A stretch of DNA of 64,000 bases from Squalus acanthias (taxonomy: Eukaryota): positions 116,934,001 through 116,998,000 of the forward strand of contig CM059431.1 in NCBI GenBank assembly GCA_030390025.1. The letters run 5' to 3'. The notes under the pieces were generated by a model, which saw nothing but the letters and a program-made list of their open reading frames with translations, did no database searches and was not told the origin of the DNA. This document shows, in pieces, positions 37,462 through 50,500 of the stretch; position 1 is the first letter of the stretch; each line of letters starts with the position of its first letter. The position numbers and the translations under genes were made by a program.

Positions 37462-39228
37462 TTATTCCAAGTCATCTGGTTCATCAGAAATATCCGTGCC
37501 AGCTGGGTCATCAGGAACACGCAGTTCCACCGATGCCACAGATTCTTCAGGCACTTCCGCTGCTGCGACTCTTTTGGAAGCTTTCTTAAACATGTTGCGG
37601 ATGTCGGTTTGCTTAGTGGACTCTTGCCTTTTCTGTAGAAAGGTGGAATGCTGAATATGGAGTTGCATAACTTCTTGTGCAGAGTAGCAAGTCTGCCTTT
37701 CAGCAAATTTGAGGAATGTCGATAATCCTTCTGCAGCTTTAGCCCAAGAAATCTTCTCTTCTTCAGAAATCTCATCCTCTTCACTTTCCATCTCACTTTC
37801 CTTTTCTTTCTTTGGATTCAAAACATTCTCAATTATTTCATCATCACTTAGCATATGCACAACACCAACTTCTCTATCTGCATCAACCCACTGCTCGATA
37901 TCACTTTCACTGAGGTGACGTAGAGGGTTTGCTGGGCCTGCATTTTTCACCATTCCAGCCATTTCCATTATTGTACTCTTCTTGGGACGAACACTGAACC
38001 CATGAAATTCCTCCTCTGAAGAAGAACCTTCAGCAAACATTACAGAAGGCCACAATTGGCGCCAGGCTTGCCTCAGAGTGTGACCTTTCACCAATTTCCA
38101 GGAACATGCAACATTATAGATGGCATCTTTAATATTGTATTCCTTCTGAAATGCGTGAATATTGTCATCTTGGCTTATCAGTTTACGTAGGAAGTCTTTC
38201 TTGTAATGACACTTCAGATTTTGGATAACGCCCTCGTCCATGGGTTGGATGAGAGAAGTTACATTTGGTGGCAAATAAATGGTGAAAATATTTCCCGAAA
38301 CCAACTCGGATTCATGCGGATGGGCTCTGCAATTATCAAGCAATAAAATGCATTTGCTAACTTCAGGTTTCCCTATTTTGCGGAAATGTTCCCTCACAGA
38401 TGGAACAAAAATATGATGGAACCAATCGGAGAAGATTTCCTTATCCATCCAAGCATTTCTTTGAGCTTTGTACTCAACAGGTAAGTGCCTCACATTTTTA
38501 AATGCACGGGGATTTTTATACTTCCCGATAACAAGAAGTTTAACCCGGTGTGATCCAGCGGCGTTCGCACATGTTAGCACGGTTACACGATCTTTATTTT
38601 TCTTGTAACCTGAAGCATTAGCCTCACTAGCCCCAGCAAGCGTTGATTCTGGCAAAAACCTCCAAAACAAGCCAGTTTCATCGGCATTGTATAACTGTGC
38701 TGGCGACAAATCATGTTGCTGCACAATCCGATTGAAATAATCGCAGTATTCTTCTGCGGCGTCGTGATCAGCTGATTTCTTCTCCCCGGAAATATCGAGT
38801 CGTCGTATCCCGTGCCGTAACTTGAAGCACGTTAACCATCCCTCGGAGAAAGCACACTTGTCAGTGAGCTCCATCCTTTCGTAGAAATCCTTCGCTTTCT
38901 CGATTAACATGGGTCCGGAAATTGGAACACCCTCTGAACGCTTAAGAGAAAACCATTCATAAAGCACGGTATCCAGCTCTTCAAGCTTAGGCTTACGAAG
39001 CGTACGCCGTTTCTCTACACTCTTAGATGTCTCCGAGCTTGAATAAAACTTGAGCAGCTTATCCTTCTGCGATTTGATGTCGTAGATTGTTGACAAACCG
39101 ATTTTGAATTAATTCATAATGTTGATACGCTTCTCTCCCCTTTCTAGTCATTGGCATATCTCGATTTTCTGTTTTAAAGTTAATACCACTCTCTTCCTTT
39201 TGCTTGGACAAACTTTTCGGAATTCCAT
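37462..39228 (-). pseudogene. Tigger transposase (HTH-psq, CENP-B HTH, DDE_1) with two N-terminal stops
   Basis: [50 protein letters not shown] then 544 open codons with [26 protein letters not shown]. Confidence 0.9.
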
Positions 39229-39261
39229 AATGCAAGATGGAGGAGATAATTGCCGATGAAG

Positions 39262-39555
39262 ATGGAAAGACACACAGAACAATGGTGGCTAGGAAGAGAC
39301 TACTAGCAGCGTGGCAGACACACAGTAAAATGGTGTATCAGAAGAGACTACCAGCAGCGTGGGAGACACACAGTAAAATGGTGTATCAGAAGAGACTACA
39401 GTACCAGCAGCATGGGAGACACACAGCAAAATGGTGGATCAGAAGAGACTACCAGCATCGTGGGAGACACACAGCAAAATGGTGGATCAGAAGAGACTAC
39501 CAGCATCATGGGAGACACACAGCAAAATGGCCGATCAGAAGAGACTCCAGGCAGC
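39262..39555. repeat. Tandem repeat of about 55-bp units in the Tigger 5' region
   Basis: gggagacacacagcaaaatggtggatcagaagagactaccagca, about five times. Confidence 0.9.
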
Positions 39556-39651
39556 GCAGGAGAATCAGCTCCTGCTACTGCAGTGTTTCGGACTGCCGAC
39601 AGCGCCAGGAGGCCGAGTAGTGGCACTTTTGAAAACTACCCCTACTGACTA

Positions 39652-39797
39652 AATCGGCGTTCGCGGACTCGGACTCGGACTCGGGATCGGCAACATTGCC
39701 GGTTATTTGAGAGAAGTTTTCGGAGTACTCGGCGTTCGCGGAGACTCGGACTGCGACTCGGCAACATTGCCGGTTATTTGAGAGGAGTTTTCGGAGG
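39652..39797. repeat. Direct duplication of about 75-80 bp in the Tigger subterminal region
   Basis: tcggcgttcgcgga..tcggcaacattgccggttatttgagag.agttttcggag occurs twice. Confidence 0.85.
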
Positions 39798-40469
39798 ATG
39801 ATTTTTGCCGGTTAAGCGAGAATTCCGGATATTTGGGTGCCGGATAAACAAGAGTTTCCTGTAAATACAAGTTGTTGTTGTTAAGTGCTCTTCTATATTC
39901 CTTTGCCTCTGCCCCTCCCTCCTATGTACCTATTTGCCTTTTAAGCCCTTTATTTTCAGATTTGTGCTTTTTCTGGTCTTTTTATTGCTCCTTCATTAAA
40001 AATTTTCCATGGTCTCATAATATTTTTCTTATTTACATACATTTTTTTATTTCAGTTTTTCCACACCAGTCACTTTCCCAATGGTCCCTGGTTTTACTAT
40101 ACCTCTGCTGCAAAGTGACGTTGTCTTAACATCCATCACATCATCAGTCCTCTGCCCACAAATAATTCCTCTACACAGTTTTTTGACCCTTTGTGCTTCC
40201 CACTCATGGGTTATAATGTAATCTGAATCCATTGAGTTTTTTTTGCAGCCTTGAACCCAGTCCCAGGCAGTTTTAATTCTTTATTACAAATACAAATATT
40301 GCTGTGTGTGTGTGATTTCTTGATTGAACCTTCACCATGTGCTAGACTCACTGGAGGTAATTTTAACCCTGTGCAATGGTGTAAAACTGGTGATATTGAA
40401 TTAGCTATGCATCATATACGCCACCTAATTCTCCTGTCCATTGAAGTCAATGGACGGGAAAATAGGGCA

Positions 40470-42560
40470 TCAGCCATGTCTCAGTTGGTAGCACGCTTGC
40501 CTCTGATTCATGAAGGTTGTGGGTTCAAGTCCCATGCCAGGGACTTGAGCACATAATTGTAAGGGGGCATGTCTCAGACGGTGCTGGTGCGAGGTTAGGC
40601 CTTCGTTGCCTAATACTATTGCTTGCTCTGGTCTCCGGCCAGCCTTATTGCAATAAGCACCTGTGAGTGGTTCGACCCACTTGCCCTTACGGTTCTAACA
40701 CTGGACTTAGGTGCGAGAGCAGTAATGCAGAGAAAACTCAAATAGACCCGGTTGAATTGTACGAAATGGAAATCTTTATTGCATGGCGTCTAAAATCATG
40801 AAATACATGTCATAGGCACAAATCAAAGATAGTACAAGTATACATACATTCATAAAGCTTGGTCTATGAAAATGGAGAACACACGGCACATCGTAGAAAG
40901 GGGAACACATTATATCTTAACCTTATTAAAACCACCCTCCCTTAATAATACCTACACTACGTCTAGATTTGTAGGATCGGAAAACATGCTCACCACTCGT
41001 GTTACTTCGGAGATTTTTAAAGTGAGGCACTCAGCTCGTTTCGCTGCAGCGCCTGACTGTCACGTGTTTGGAAGGGTTTCTGCGCCCCACTTGTTTACTT
41101 TCGCTGCTGCGAAAAGCAAGCCAGACTCCCTGTTGTCATGAAGAACTCGACGGACCTCGGACACAGTTCAAAGAAGAGTCTTCCTGTGCTCGACACAGGT
41201 TGTAGTTGGTAGAACTCAAAGAAGAGTCCTGTATTTATATTTTCGGGTGCGGTCTGGGTTTACTGACCGTGGCGGCACGTGGAATTTCTTCTCGTCTTCT
41301 TCTCGTCTTCTTCTCGTCTCGTCTCCTCGGGCCTCCGGGTCCAGACACCGTTTACCGACACTCGGGATGGTGCACCCTGTTACTTGCCCTTGTCGGGGCG
41401 GCTCGTACCGATTGAGCTCCACCCAACATCCGAATAACCGACCAGTACGGCTAAGAGTCAAGAGTCAACAAAGTCCAGAGAGAAAATCAAGAGCCCACTA
41501 GTCAAGCGAGTTCATGAAGAGCCAAGCGAATAAAAGGATCAAGCCCCCGATGGACATTTGTTCTCTATAGTTATAGTGCTGTGTCCACTTATCTCCCACT
41601 CAAATCTTAATGTTTGTCCTTTGTGTAATATTTGGCGCTCAAAACTCCCAGCATGGGGCGATTATCTTCTTTAACGGGTTTCGGTAGCACCTGAAACTGG
41701 CCAACTATCCGTTAATGTTTTCCCCATTGTTGGACCAGCCAGGATGTGTATGAATCGTCTCCCTGACTGGTTTTGGGGGCCCCCGAATACCGACTTAATC
41801 ACCCGTCAATGTCTCTCTCTCATTGTAGAGCCGGGGGGGTATTTGTGTATTGATGTGTCTGGATGGGTCTTCGATTGCCCAGTACAATGATCCTTACTGT
41901 GCATAGGAAAACGATTCCAGCACTTATATCTTTGCTATTGTTCCAAATGCAAATGGGTTGCATCCTGTCTTTATCAGTGTTTACCGAGTATGATCCAATC
42001 TTATACTGAATGTATATTCGCCGCCATTTTGTCTGCCCACTGTGTTTCTGGAAGCTTCTGCCACGATGCTCGGAGGCCATTTTACAGGCTTCTGTGTCCT
42101 TTATTATCAGGACAGCATTTCGTTTAACAAAACTGATCAAATGAATCTGCTTCTCTCTTGTTAATTTTGAATCGCGATAATTGCAAAACTTTACATAATC
42201 TAGGCTGACACTCCAGTATAGTACTGAGGGAGTGCTACACTGTTGGAGGTGCCATCTTTCAGATGAGACATTAAATTGAGGCACCGTCTATCCTCTCAGG
42301 TAGACGTAAAATATCCCATGGCACTGTTTTGAAGAAGAGCATGGGAGTTCTCCCCAGTGTCATGGCTAATATTTATCCCTCAGCTAAAAACAGATTATCT
42401 GGTCATTATTACATTGCTGCTTGTGGGAGCTTGCTGTGTGCAATTTGGCTGCCGCGTTTCCTACATTACAACAGTGGCTACACTTTAAAAGTAATTTGTA
42501 GGTTGTATAGCGCTTTGAGACGTCCTGAGGCCGTGAGCGCGCAAGTCCTTTCTTTTTTGT
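40470..42560 (+). mobile_element. Deu-domain SINE split by a solo LTR (40470-40557 and 42196-42560)
   Basis: gacttgagcacataat | ctaggctgacactccag rejoins into the SINE consensus. Confidence 0.88.
40558..42195 (-). mobile_element. Solo LTR (1638 bp) related to the provirus at 58765
   Basis: TG...CA ends, 4-bp TSD taat; 40655-40785 is a near-exact inverse of 60170-60300. Confidence 0.9.
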
Positions 42561-44447
42561 GGCATACATTCCAATTGGAACAAATGCTGTTTGTCCTTAC
42601 CATAGAACCGGGGAAGTAGCAGGCAGCCTGGGGCCTGCTCCTGAACATACATTCAACGCAAATACCCAACCCTCCCCCAACACCCAAATTAACTCATGGA
42701 AGGAGCAAATAAACTAGCACAGTCCAATCAAAGCATGGCATGGACAAGCATTCTAGCCAATAGGAACACTAGTTTCCAGCATTCTCTTTTTTCTCTCACA
42801 GGGGCTAACACCAAATGCATTGCATTCACCTTTAAACCCGCATTGCTCCCAGTGCATTAACTGTCATGATAAGACACCTAATTAGCAAAGTACTATTTCC
42901 CCAATACCTTTGAATCAATACCTGAAAAAAATATTTAAAAAAATATACTGCACTCCAATTGTGCAAAAATCTGATTTTTATTTTATGTACACTTAAGAGG
43001 GGGTATGTATAAATTATGCAAAGTTAATCTATTCAAAAATAAAACTTTTTAATTCACAGCTATAAACCAGCTTGGAGCACCTTAAGTAACTTTGAGTGTA
43101 TACTTGCAACACAAAATGAGTGCTAAACCTATGCATTCAAATGAACGATGAATAGATAAGGATTTGCAAGGGTGAGAATTCGGAACAGTTAAGCATCAAT
43201 AACTGCAAAATTACACACTTAGAACAAAAATTACACTGGTTACAAAGGGCTTCATAGCAATCAATTGCAAGCAATTTTGACCTTTAAAACTTCCAACTTT
43301 CAAGTCACATAGTATTAGCTAAATTATAGCCTGATCAGGCAGACACTCAAATAAATGCATATGCATTTATTAAAGTAAATTATTTTCAGAGCAATTCAGT
43401 CGTTGTCAAATGAATACTCCCTGCTGAGTCTGCTGAACAAAGCTTATTTATGGCAATCTATGCAGGCAATTTAAACAGTGAGAGTCAGCAGTGATGTTTT
43501 TTTTGTTTTTCAGACAGATCAATGCTTATTGAATATTGGTATGTAAGCATTCCACACTTAGAGCTGCTGGGAAATAATTGACTAACATGTACACACAATG
43601 TACGTGTCAAACTGTGAATACTGAATGTAATTTGAAGGGTTTGAAAATCATTGGCCTGAATTTTCCCCTAAAAAAAACGGGTGGGTTTGGAGTGTGGGGG
43701 AAGTTGAATTGTTCAAAATGTGATTCCTGACCTGATCCCGCCTCCAACCCGCCCACTTCCGGTTTTAACGGAGGCGACCCAACCCGCTCCCAGGGGGCCG
43801 TAGGTCAATTTAAATATTATAATAAGGTGGGAAGCCTCTTTTATCACCTCCATTTTGAATTTAACTGCATGTGGACGGGTTTCACACAATTCGTGAATCC
43901 CAGCAGTTAAACTGAGGCGGGGACTGCAGGATCCAGGAGGTAAGTCCCCTGGGCCAGATGGGATATATCCTAGGATTCTTTGGGAGGCAAGGGAGGAGAT
44001 TGCAGAGCCTCTGGCTTTGATCTTTGGGTCCTCACTGTCCACGGGAATGGTGCCAGAGGACTGGAGAGTGGTGAATGTTGTTCCTCTCTTCAAGAAAGGA
44101 AATAGGAATGACCCTGGTAATTATAGGCCGGTTAGTCTTACTTCGGTGGTTGGTAAGATAATGGAAAAGGTCCTGAGGGATAGGATTTATGACCATTTGG
44201 AAAGGGGCAACTTAATCAGGGAAAGTCAACACGGATTCGTGAAGGGTAAGTCTTGCCTAACAAATTTGATTGAATTCTTTGAGGAGGTAACTAAGTGTGT
44301 AGATGAAGGTAGAGCAGTTGATGTCGTATACATGGATTTTAGTAAGGCGTTTGATAAGGTTCCCCATGGTCGGCTCATGAAGAAAGTAAGGAGTTGTGGG
44401 ATAGAGAGAAATTTGGCCGATTGGATAAGTAACTGGCTATCTCATAG

Positions 44448-45376
44448 CCGCCTAACCTCAGAAGTACCATCGTTCGCAGCAAATTACCCAGCTTTCAGGA
44501 TAACAGCGACCACGACACCACACAACCCTGCCATGGCAAACTCTGCAAGACATGCCAGATCATCAACACAGATACCACCATCACACGTGAGGACACTACC
44601 CACCAGGTACATGGTACATACTCATGTGACTCGGCCAACGTGGTCTACCTCATACGTTGCAGGAAACAATGCACCGCGGCATGGTACATCGGCGAGACCA
44701 TGCAGACACTGAGACAACGTATGAACGAGCACCGCGCAACAATCGCCAGGCAGGATTGTTACCTCCCAGTCGGGGAACACTTCAGCAGTCAAGGACATTC
44801 AGCCTCGGATCTGCGGGTAAGCGTTCTCCAAGGCAACCTTAGAAACACACGACAACGCAAAATCTTCGAGCAGAAACTGATAGCCAAGTTCCGCACTCAT
44901 GAAGACGGGCTCAACCGGGATCTTGGGTTTATGTCACGATACATGACGTGATCCGGACTCGAGTCGTCGTTGGCTTGTTCACAGATGTGATTCCCAGTAA
45001 AAAAGTAAAAATTTTCCCAGTAAAAAAGTAAACATTTTTAAAGCTTTTCGTTTTACATACAGACGGCAGCTTTTGACACGTTAGAACCCCTGCGACTACA
45101 CCTCATTGTCTCAGTTGTATCTTGCTATGTCTTTGATGTGGTACCTTCCTGGCTGACTTGATTAACTTTATCACACCTCGGCAGATAGTCAGGATGATTT
45201 AATTTATTGGTCTGCAATTGTAAGGTACACATGCTTTGTTCTCTATCTATATATGCTTTGGCGATTCTGTATCTAATTTACTTCACCTGAGGAAGGAGCA
45301 ATCGATAGCTCCGAAAGCTTGTGATTTCAAATAAAACTGTTGGACTATAACCTGGTGTTGTGCGACCTCTCAATTT
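44448..45376 (+). mobile_element. 5'-truncated Penelope-like element (GIY-YIG domain and 3' UTR)
   Basis: Near-identical to 16028-16945 inverted; TSD tatctcatag at 44438-44447 and 45377-45386. Confidence 0.93.
45283..45324 (+). ncRNA. Minimal hammerhead ribozyme motif
   Basis: tcac-ctgagga-a-ggagc-aatcgata-gctcc-gaaa-gc-tt-gtga. Confidence 0.78.
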
Positions 45377-46469
45377 TATCTCATAGAAGGCAGAGGGTGG
45401 TGGTGGATGGAACATTTTCGGACTGGAGACCAGTTACCAGCGGTGTGCCACAGGGGTCGGTGCTGGGTCCTCTGCAGTTTGTGATTTTTATCAATGACTT
45501 GGAGGAGGGGACTGAAGGGTGAATCAGTAAATTTGCTGATGACACCAAGATTGGTGGAGCAGTGGATGAGGTGCAGGGCTGTTGTAGGCTGCAAAGAGAC
45601 ATTGATAGGATGCAGGACTGGGCCGAAAAATGGCAGATGGAATTTAACCCTGATAAGTGCGATGTGATTCATTTTGGTAGGGCAAATTTGAATAAGGATT
45701 ACAGGGTCAACGGCAGGGTTCTGAGGAACGTGGAGGAGCAGAGGGATCTGGGGGTTCATATCCACAGATCTCTGAAGGTTGCCACTCAAGTGGATAGAGC
45801 AGTAAAGAAGGCCTATGGTGTGTTGGCGTTTATTAACAGAGGGTTTGAGTTTAAGAACCGTGAGGTTATGCTGCAACTGTACAGGACCTTGGTGAGACCA
45901 CATTTGGAATATTGTGTGCAGTTCTGGTCACCTCACTATAGGAAGGACGTGGAAGCATTGGAAAGAGTGCAAAGGAGATTTACCAGGATGCTGCCTGGTT
46001 TGGGGGGGAGGTCTTATGAGGAAAGATTGAGGGAGTTGGGGCTTTTCTCTTTAGAGCGGAGGAGGATGAGAGGCGACTTAATAGAGGTTTATAAGATGAT
46101 GAGGGGGATAGATAGAGTGGATGTTCAGAGACTATTTCCTCGGGTAGAGGCAGCTGTTACAAGGGGGCATAACTATAAGGTGCATGGGGGGAGATATAGA
46201 AGGGATGTCCGAGGTAGATTCTTTACTCAGAGAGTGGTTGGGGTGTGGAATGGACTGCCTGCTGTGATAGTGGAGTCGGACACTTTAGGAACTTTCAAGC
46301 GGTTATTGGATAAGCACATGGAGCACACCAGAGTGATAGGGAGTGTGATAGCTTGATCTTGGTCTCAGACAATGCTCGGCACAACATCGAGGGCCGAAGG
46401 GCCTGTACTGTGCTGTACTGTTCTATGTTTCTATGTTTCTATGTAAGTGGCTTTATACCTACCTCCTAG

Positions 46470-46920
46470 ATCCAGGGTTCTGATCATACCCAACCCCCCC
46501 CCCCCCCACCGCAATCGGAGACCCCACCACGAGCTCTCCGATTCCCCTTCCAGGCCTCCGAACCCCACCATGAGGCCTCGGCCCCCTAGGCCACCGATGA
46601 TGCTGAGGCCGGCCATAATGCTCCGGTGGCAGGCTCCGATCCTCTCTCCCCTCCGCTGCCGATGCTCCGGCCAACCCATCCCTTCCACCCCCCCGTCAAC
46701 CCCCCAAATCTCCGGTCCCCCAATCCCTGGCCGACTCCAATCCCCGATACCCAGCCGACCGCCCTCCACCCCCCCTGCCGCTCCTCTGACCCCCACCCCC
46801 CGCGATCCCCGACCCTCCTCCAATCCCCAACCAAGCCCTTGACGATACCCTACACCCCACTCCTGATACTCGATCCTCCCCCCCGCCGATCCCCGACCAA
46901 GCCCGGGAGGCCCAGAATGG
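46470..46920. repeat. C-rich low-complexity tract (G-rich on the minus strand)
   Basis: Many C4-C14 runs with recurring ccgat/ccga units. Confidence 0.7.
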
Positions 46921-47260
46921 CCTCATAATGGCCAGATTTACTTCAGGTGCACCATTGCACCCATGTGGCTCCCAGATGCTGTACCAACTCCAGCCCCCAC
47001 CCCATCAACACCAACACCACAAAGCAGTCCTAAAATGACCAAACCATTCCTGTCACCCACACCCCCATTGCTCGAGGTTAAGTAATGTCTCACCATTCAC
47101 TCCAAGTGACAAGGCCACTTCCCAGATAGCAGGCAAAAATGGACAAGATGGGGAAGTGGTGCAAAGAAATAAATTTATGTATGTCATAAATAGAACTGAA
47201 ACTTAACACTAACATTTTGGCAAACACCCTTGTGCATATCCTCGTGCATCTACAATTGTG

Positions 47261-48938
47261 TCATTTTCTTTTGCGAGAACTTCGACAAGGTGCACCCACT
47301 GTGGCTTCAGCAGTGGTAGAGACAGGCTGCTCATTTCCCTGCTGCGACTGCTGAGAAACTTTTGGCGGAAGCCCTCTGGATTTTGGAGCCTGTGAGGATC
47401 CCGCCAAAGACTGATCCTTCTGCAACTGTGCAGGGGCAGACTCGTATATCGGGATCTGAGGCAGCATGTGGGGCTCTGACTGAGCGCAAGGCAAAGGGGG
47501 AGAAGTGGGAGCGCTTTGAGCAGAGCCCCCACTTCCATGTCCCCTCTCACCATCATCCCTCTCATGGGCCACCCGCACTTCCCTGCTAGCAAGGAACTGG
47601 AGGGCACCTTGCTGCACATCTGTGGGGCGATGAACACCCAAATCTATGTTGCTATCCCTTCTAGAGATGAGTTCAATAAGAGTCTGCAATCTGTTGTTCA
47701 CAGCAAGCATGTTTTCATTTGACTGGCGCATTAGCTGCTGCATGCAGGTGGTCATCCTTTCCATGGCCTTTCCATTGCCTGCGACATGGTGGTGCTCATG
47801 TTAGAGATGGACTCCTCCATTCTCTGTACAATCGTGCACATCGCGGCTGCAAAAGCAGCCAGAGCCTTGCACATTTGTTGCTGCTCCTCCAAGATCAACC
47901 TCTTTGTCGATGGTCCCCAAGGTTCAGCATTTGCATCCAGCTGTTCAGAGCTTGGAGTATTCTGCGCCCTCCAGTGAGGAGGCTCCACTGCTGTCCCTGT
48001 CTCCACCATCTACTCTTGCTCACTACTCTATGTTTAGCAGGACCCACCGACGTGCGCGTATCTGCACTGGTGCTGGGTGCGCGTGGTAAGAATGTGTAAC
48101 ATTACCATTATGCAGATGATGATATTTTACTGGCTACTGACATCAGTCACCATGACTGACTGTTGTATTCCATGTGGGATATTTAATTCTGTCACCAGGT
48201 TGCTGGGAGGTCCACCTCTCTCTGTCTTCCACCACCAGCAGCTCTGCCACTCCACTTAATTCCAGCACCTCCTCCTCTGCTGGCGCCAAAGTCGTGTATA
48301 TTGGAGGGCCACCTCCGGTTCTTAGTCTCTCTCTGTTATTCTGCGCTCTCTTCTCTTGCAAGGAGGGAAAGAAGAGAACTTTGAGTGAAAGTGATGGAAT
48401 GCATGTAAGGCATGTAAGGAATACATCTGTAGAGGGTGACTATGAGGAAGTGGCATGACATTGCCAAATGGCCTCTTTCTGTGGTGTTACTTCCTATGAT
48501 TACCTAAGGATGAGGGTGAGTGTCAGTGGTGGTTAGTCAGATGGGGATGTGAGTAGGTGCATAGACAGTGAGAGATGGGTGCACCTGCAAAGTAGGTTAG
48601 TGTGAGGAGTGACGTGCCGGAGTAGGCTTGGGAAGGCAGAGTGATGGGGTTGGGGTGACAGGCACATCAGGATGTAGTTGAATGTGGCATTGCACTCACC
48701 TTTCTGACCTCATGAGATCGTTAAATCTCTTCCGACACTGTATCCAGGAGCAGCTCACTACACCCCTGCTGCTGACTTCTTGGGTGATCTCCAGCCATGC
48801 CCTCTTGGTTTCACTGTCTGGTATCTTCCTGCCATTACCAGAGAATAGGACCTCCCTCCGTCCTCTGACTCCCTGGAGCAGGATTTCCAGGGAGGAATCC
48901 GAAAACCTGAGTGCAACTTTCTGGCGCTGAGACTGCAT
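47261..48938 (-). pseudogene. Decayed Harbinger Myb/SANT gene (three exons)
   Basis: RFSDSSLEILLQGV..AWLEITQEV..WIQCRKRFNDLMRS; EKRAQNNRERLRTGGGPP; exon 3 homologous to 24754-25668. Confidence 0.75.
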
Positions 48939-50500
48939 CCTTCCTTGCACGCTCACAGTCAAATTCTTGGATGGATAAGCATAGACACCTCTCCTAATCA
49001 CCTCTGAACCTCCAACAACAACCTTCAACCTTGATGTGTGCAAGGCTCCTTTAAATATCTGAGCTGAAGGCGAGTCATTGGTGACATCATCAGACCCGCT
49101 CCAGTTAATTGGCCAGGAAACCCGCATAACTCATTCAATTGATCTAATTCAGTTAAACGCGTGATGAAAAGTTTATGATGCCCCCCCGCCCCCCCCCGCA
49201 CCCAAACCCACTCACAGGTAAAAATTCCGGCCATTGTTAGAGATGAACTATCATGTCCATATCTTGCTTATAATTGCATTCTCAATATGCATGTTCAACT
49301 ACAACCTGATTGCTATGATTAGTCGACAACTCCATTATAATTGGCTACCAGGATGGTTGAAGGCAAATTGGATGGACCTTGGTCTTTTCTCATCTAGCAA
49401 CTCTCATGTTCCTATGATGATTGAACTTAACAAGCTTGCTTACCAGCTGAGCTGAAGTCTGAGACCACAAGTTGAGAAAAAGTCTGTTCTGTGTGTGAAA
49501 TGAGCATAATAAAATTATGTTATTGATTTGTAGTCTTTGAGTCATTTAAAGCACAGGTTCTGATAACAGTTTCTAATTTATTCTCTGCGACTGATTTGAT
49601 ACTTACACTCCAGGCAGAATTATTACTTCTCATCTGTGAAAAGCCAAAGGTTTATTGCACATTTGTGATATAACATTTAATGATTATCATCAGCATGTGG
49701 TGTTCCTGAATTTTATTGAAAGGTTCTTTTACAATTCTAACAGGAACCATACATCCATAAAATAAACAGATTACCTCACCAGTTTGAGTAAGCTCCAGCC
49801 AGTCTTTCATTACAATTGTGAATCGTAACTTTTTTTTACAACTGTAAAAGGGCTTCTCACTAGTATTTCTTTTAAATAACTTATGGACAGCTTTGTGACC
49901 ACATATAAAATGTAGACAAATCAACATTCGCTCTGGTTAACATCTTATCCAGGCTGTATTTCATGAAAAACCCTTAAATGTTCATTGCACTGACATGTGT
50001 ATTAACTTGACTCAAAACTTTATTAAATTCTAATAAAATTCAAAGCAAAAATCATGCCCTCTTGCCTATGTCCCCTTGCCATAGATAACAATATTTTGTA
50101 TCATAATTTTGCACTCCATAGCTGGAGAGGGCATACTCATACCTAAAAAGAAATGTATAGAACTAACAATAAAAATCCAATTTTGGTTGTGTGCACATTT
50201 CCTCATCACATCACAAGATGAAACACTTTTAAATACTTACATTTTCACACAAAACTTAGTTCCTTTCATTTGAAGTCAATGGAAAGTGAAATCGGGCCGG
50301 GTTTAAAACGAGAGCCCGATCCGATCCTCTCAACTTCCTGCCGGGCGAATTGGGTTAAAGTTACCTTCTACATGTGCACCAGCTGGGAGACATCTTTCGC
50401 ATATAAGGGTTTGTTTTTGCACTTAATGAATACTTTCTTAAAAAATTTGACAGGTAGAAGTTTGGAGGTTGACAGCACGGAAGGTGGGTATTTGACCCAC

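Larger units (their letters stand above)
37159..39861 (-). mobile_element. Full-length Tigger/pogo DNA transposon
   Basis: About 26-bp TIRs caggaaactctt...tatccggcacc; TA TSD at 37157-37158 and 39862-39863. Confidence 0.95.
36711..39882 (+). mobile_element. L2 LINE 3' end (36711-37158, tail 39862-39882) split by a Tigger
   Basis: LHWLPV..FKILILVFKSLHGLAPPYL..GGRAF..LWNSLP..FKTLLKTYLF; (gtt)n tail follows the Tigger. Confidence 0.88.
43946..46442 (+). mobile_element. 5'-truncated CR1 LINE interrupted by a Penelope
   Basis: [48 protein letters not shown] gtaagt at 43940-43945 and 46443-46448; premature TGA at 45520. Confidence 0.92.
43653..49232 (-). mobile_element. Harbinger derivative keeping only the Myb gene; host to a CR1 and a Penelope
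   Basis: Ends ggcctgaatttt / aaaattccggcc; TSD att at 43650-43652 and 49233-49235. Confidence 0.75.

Noticed and set aside
37462..39096. Domesticated TIGD or Jerky gene
   Set aside because: TIRs, TA TSD and upstream in-frame stops mark it as a transposon copy.
39237..39652. Repeat array as a CRISPR locus or repetitive protein
   Set aside because: Units are contiguous with no unique spacers, there are no cas genes, and the array lies inside Tigger TIRs.
44017..44712. Novel fusion protein
   Set aside because: CR1 RT reading into an out-of-frame Penelope insert.
46431..46928. Pro/Gly-rich ORFs
   Set aside because: Low-complexity C-rich DNA is open in most frames.
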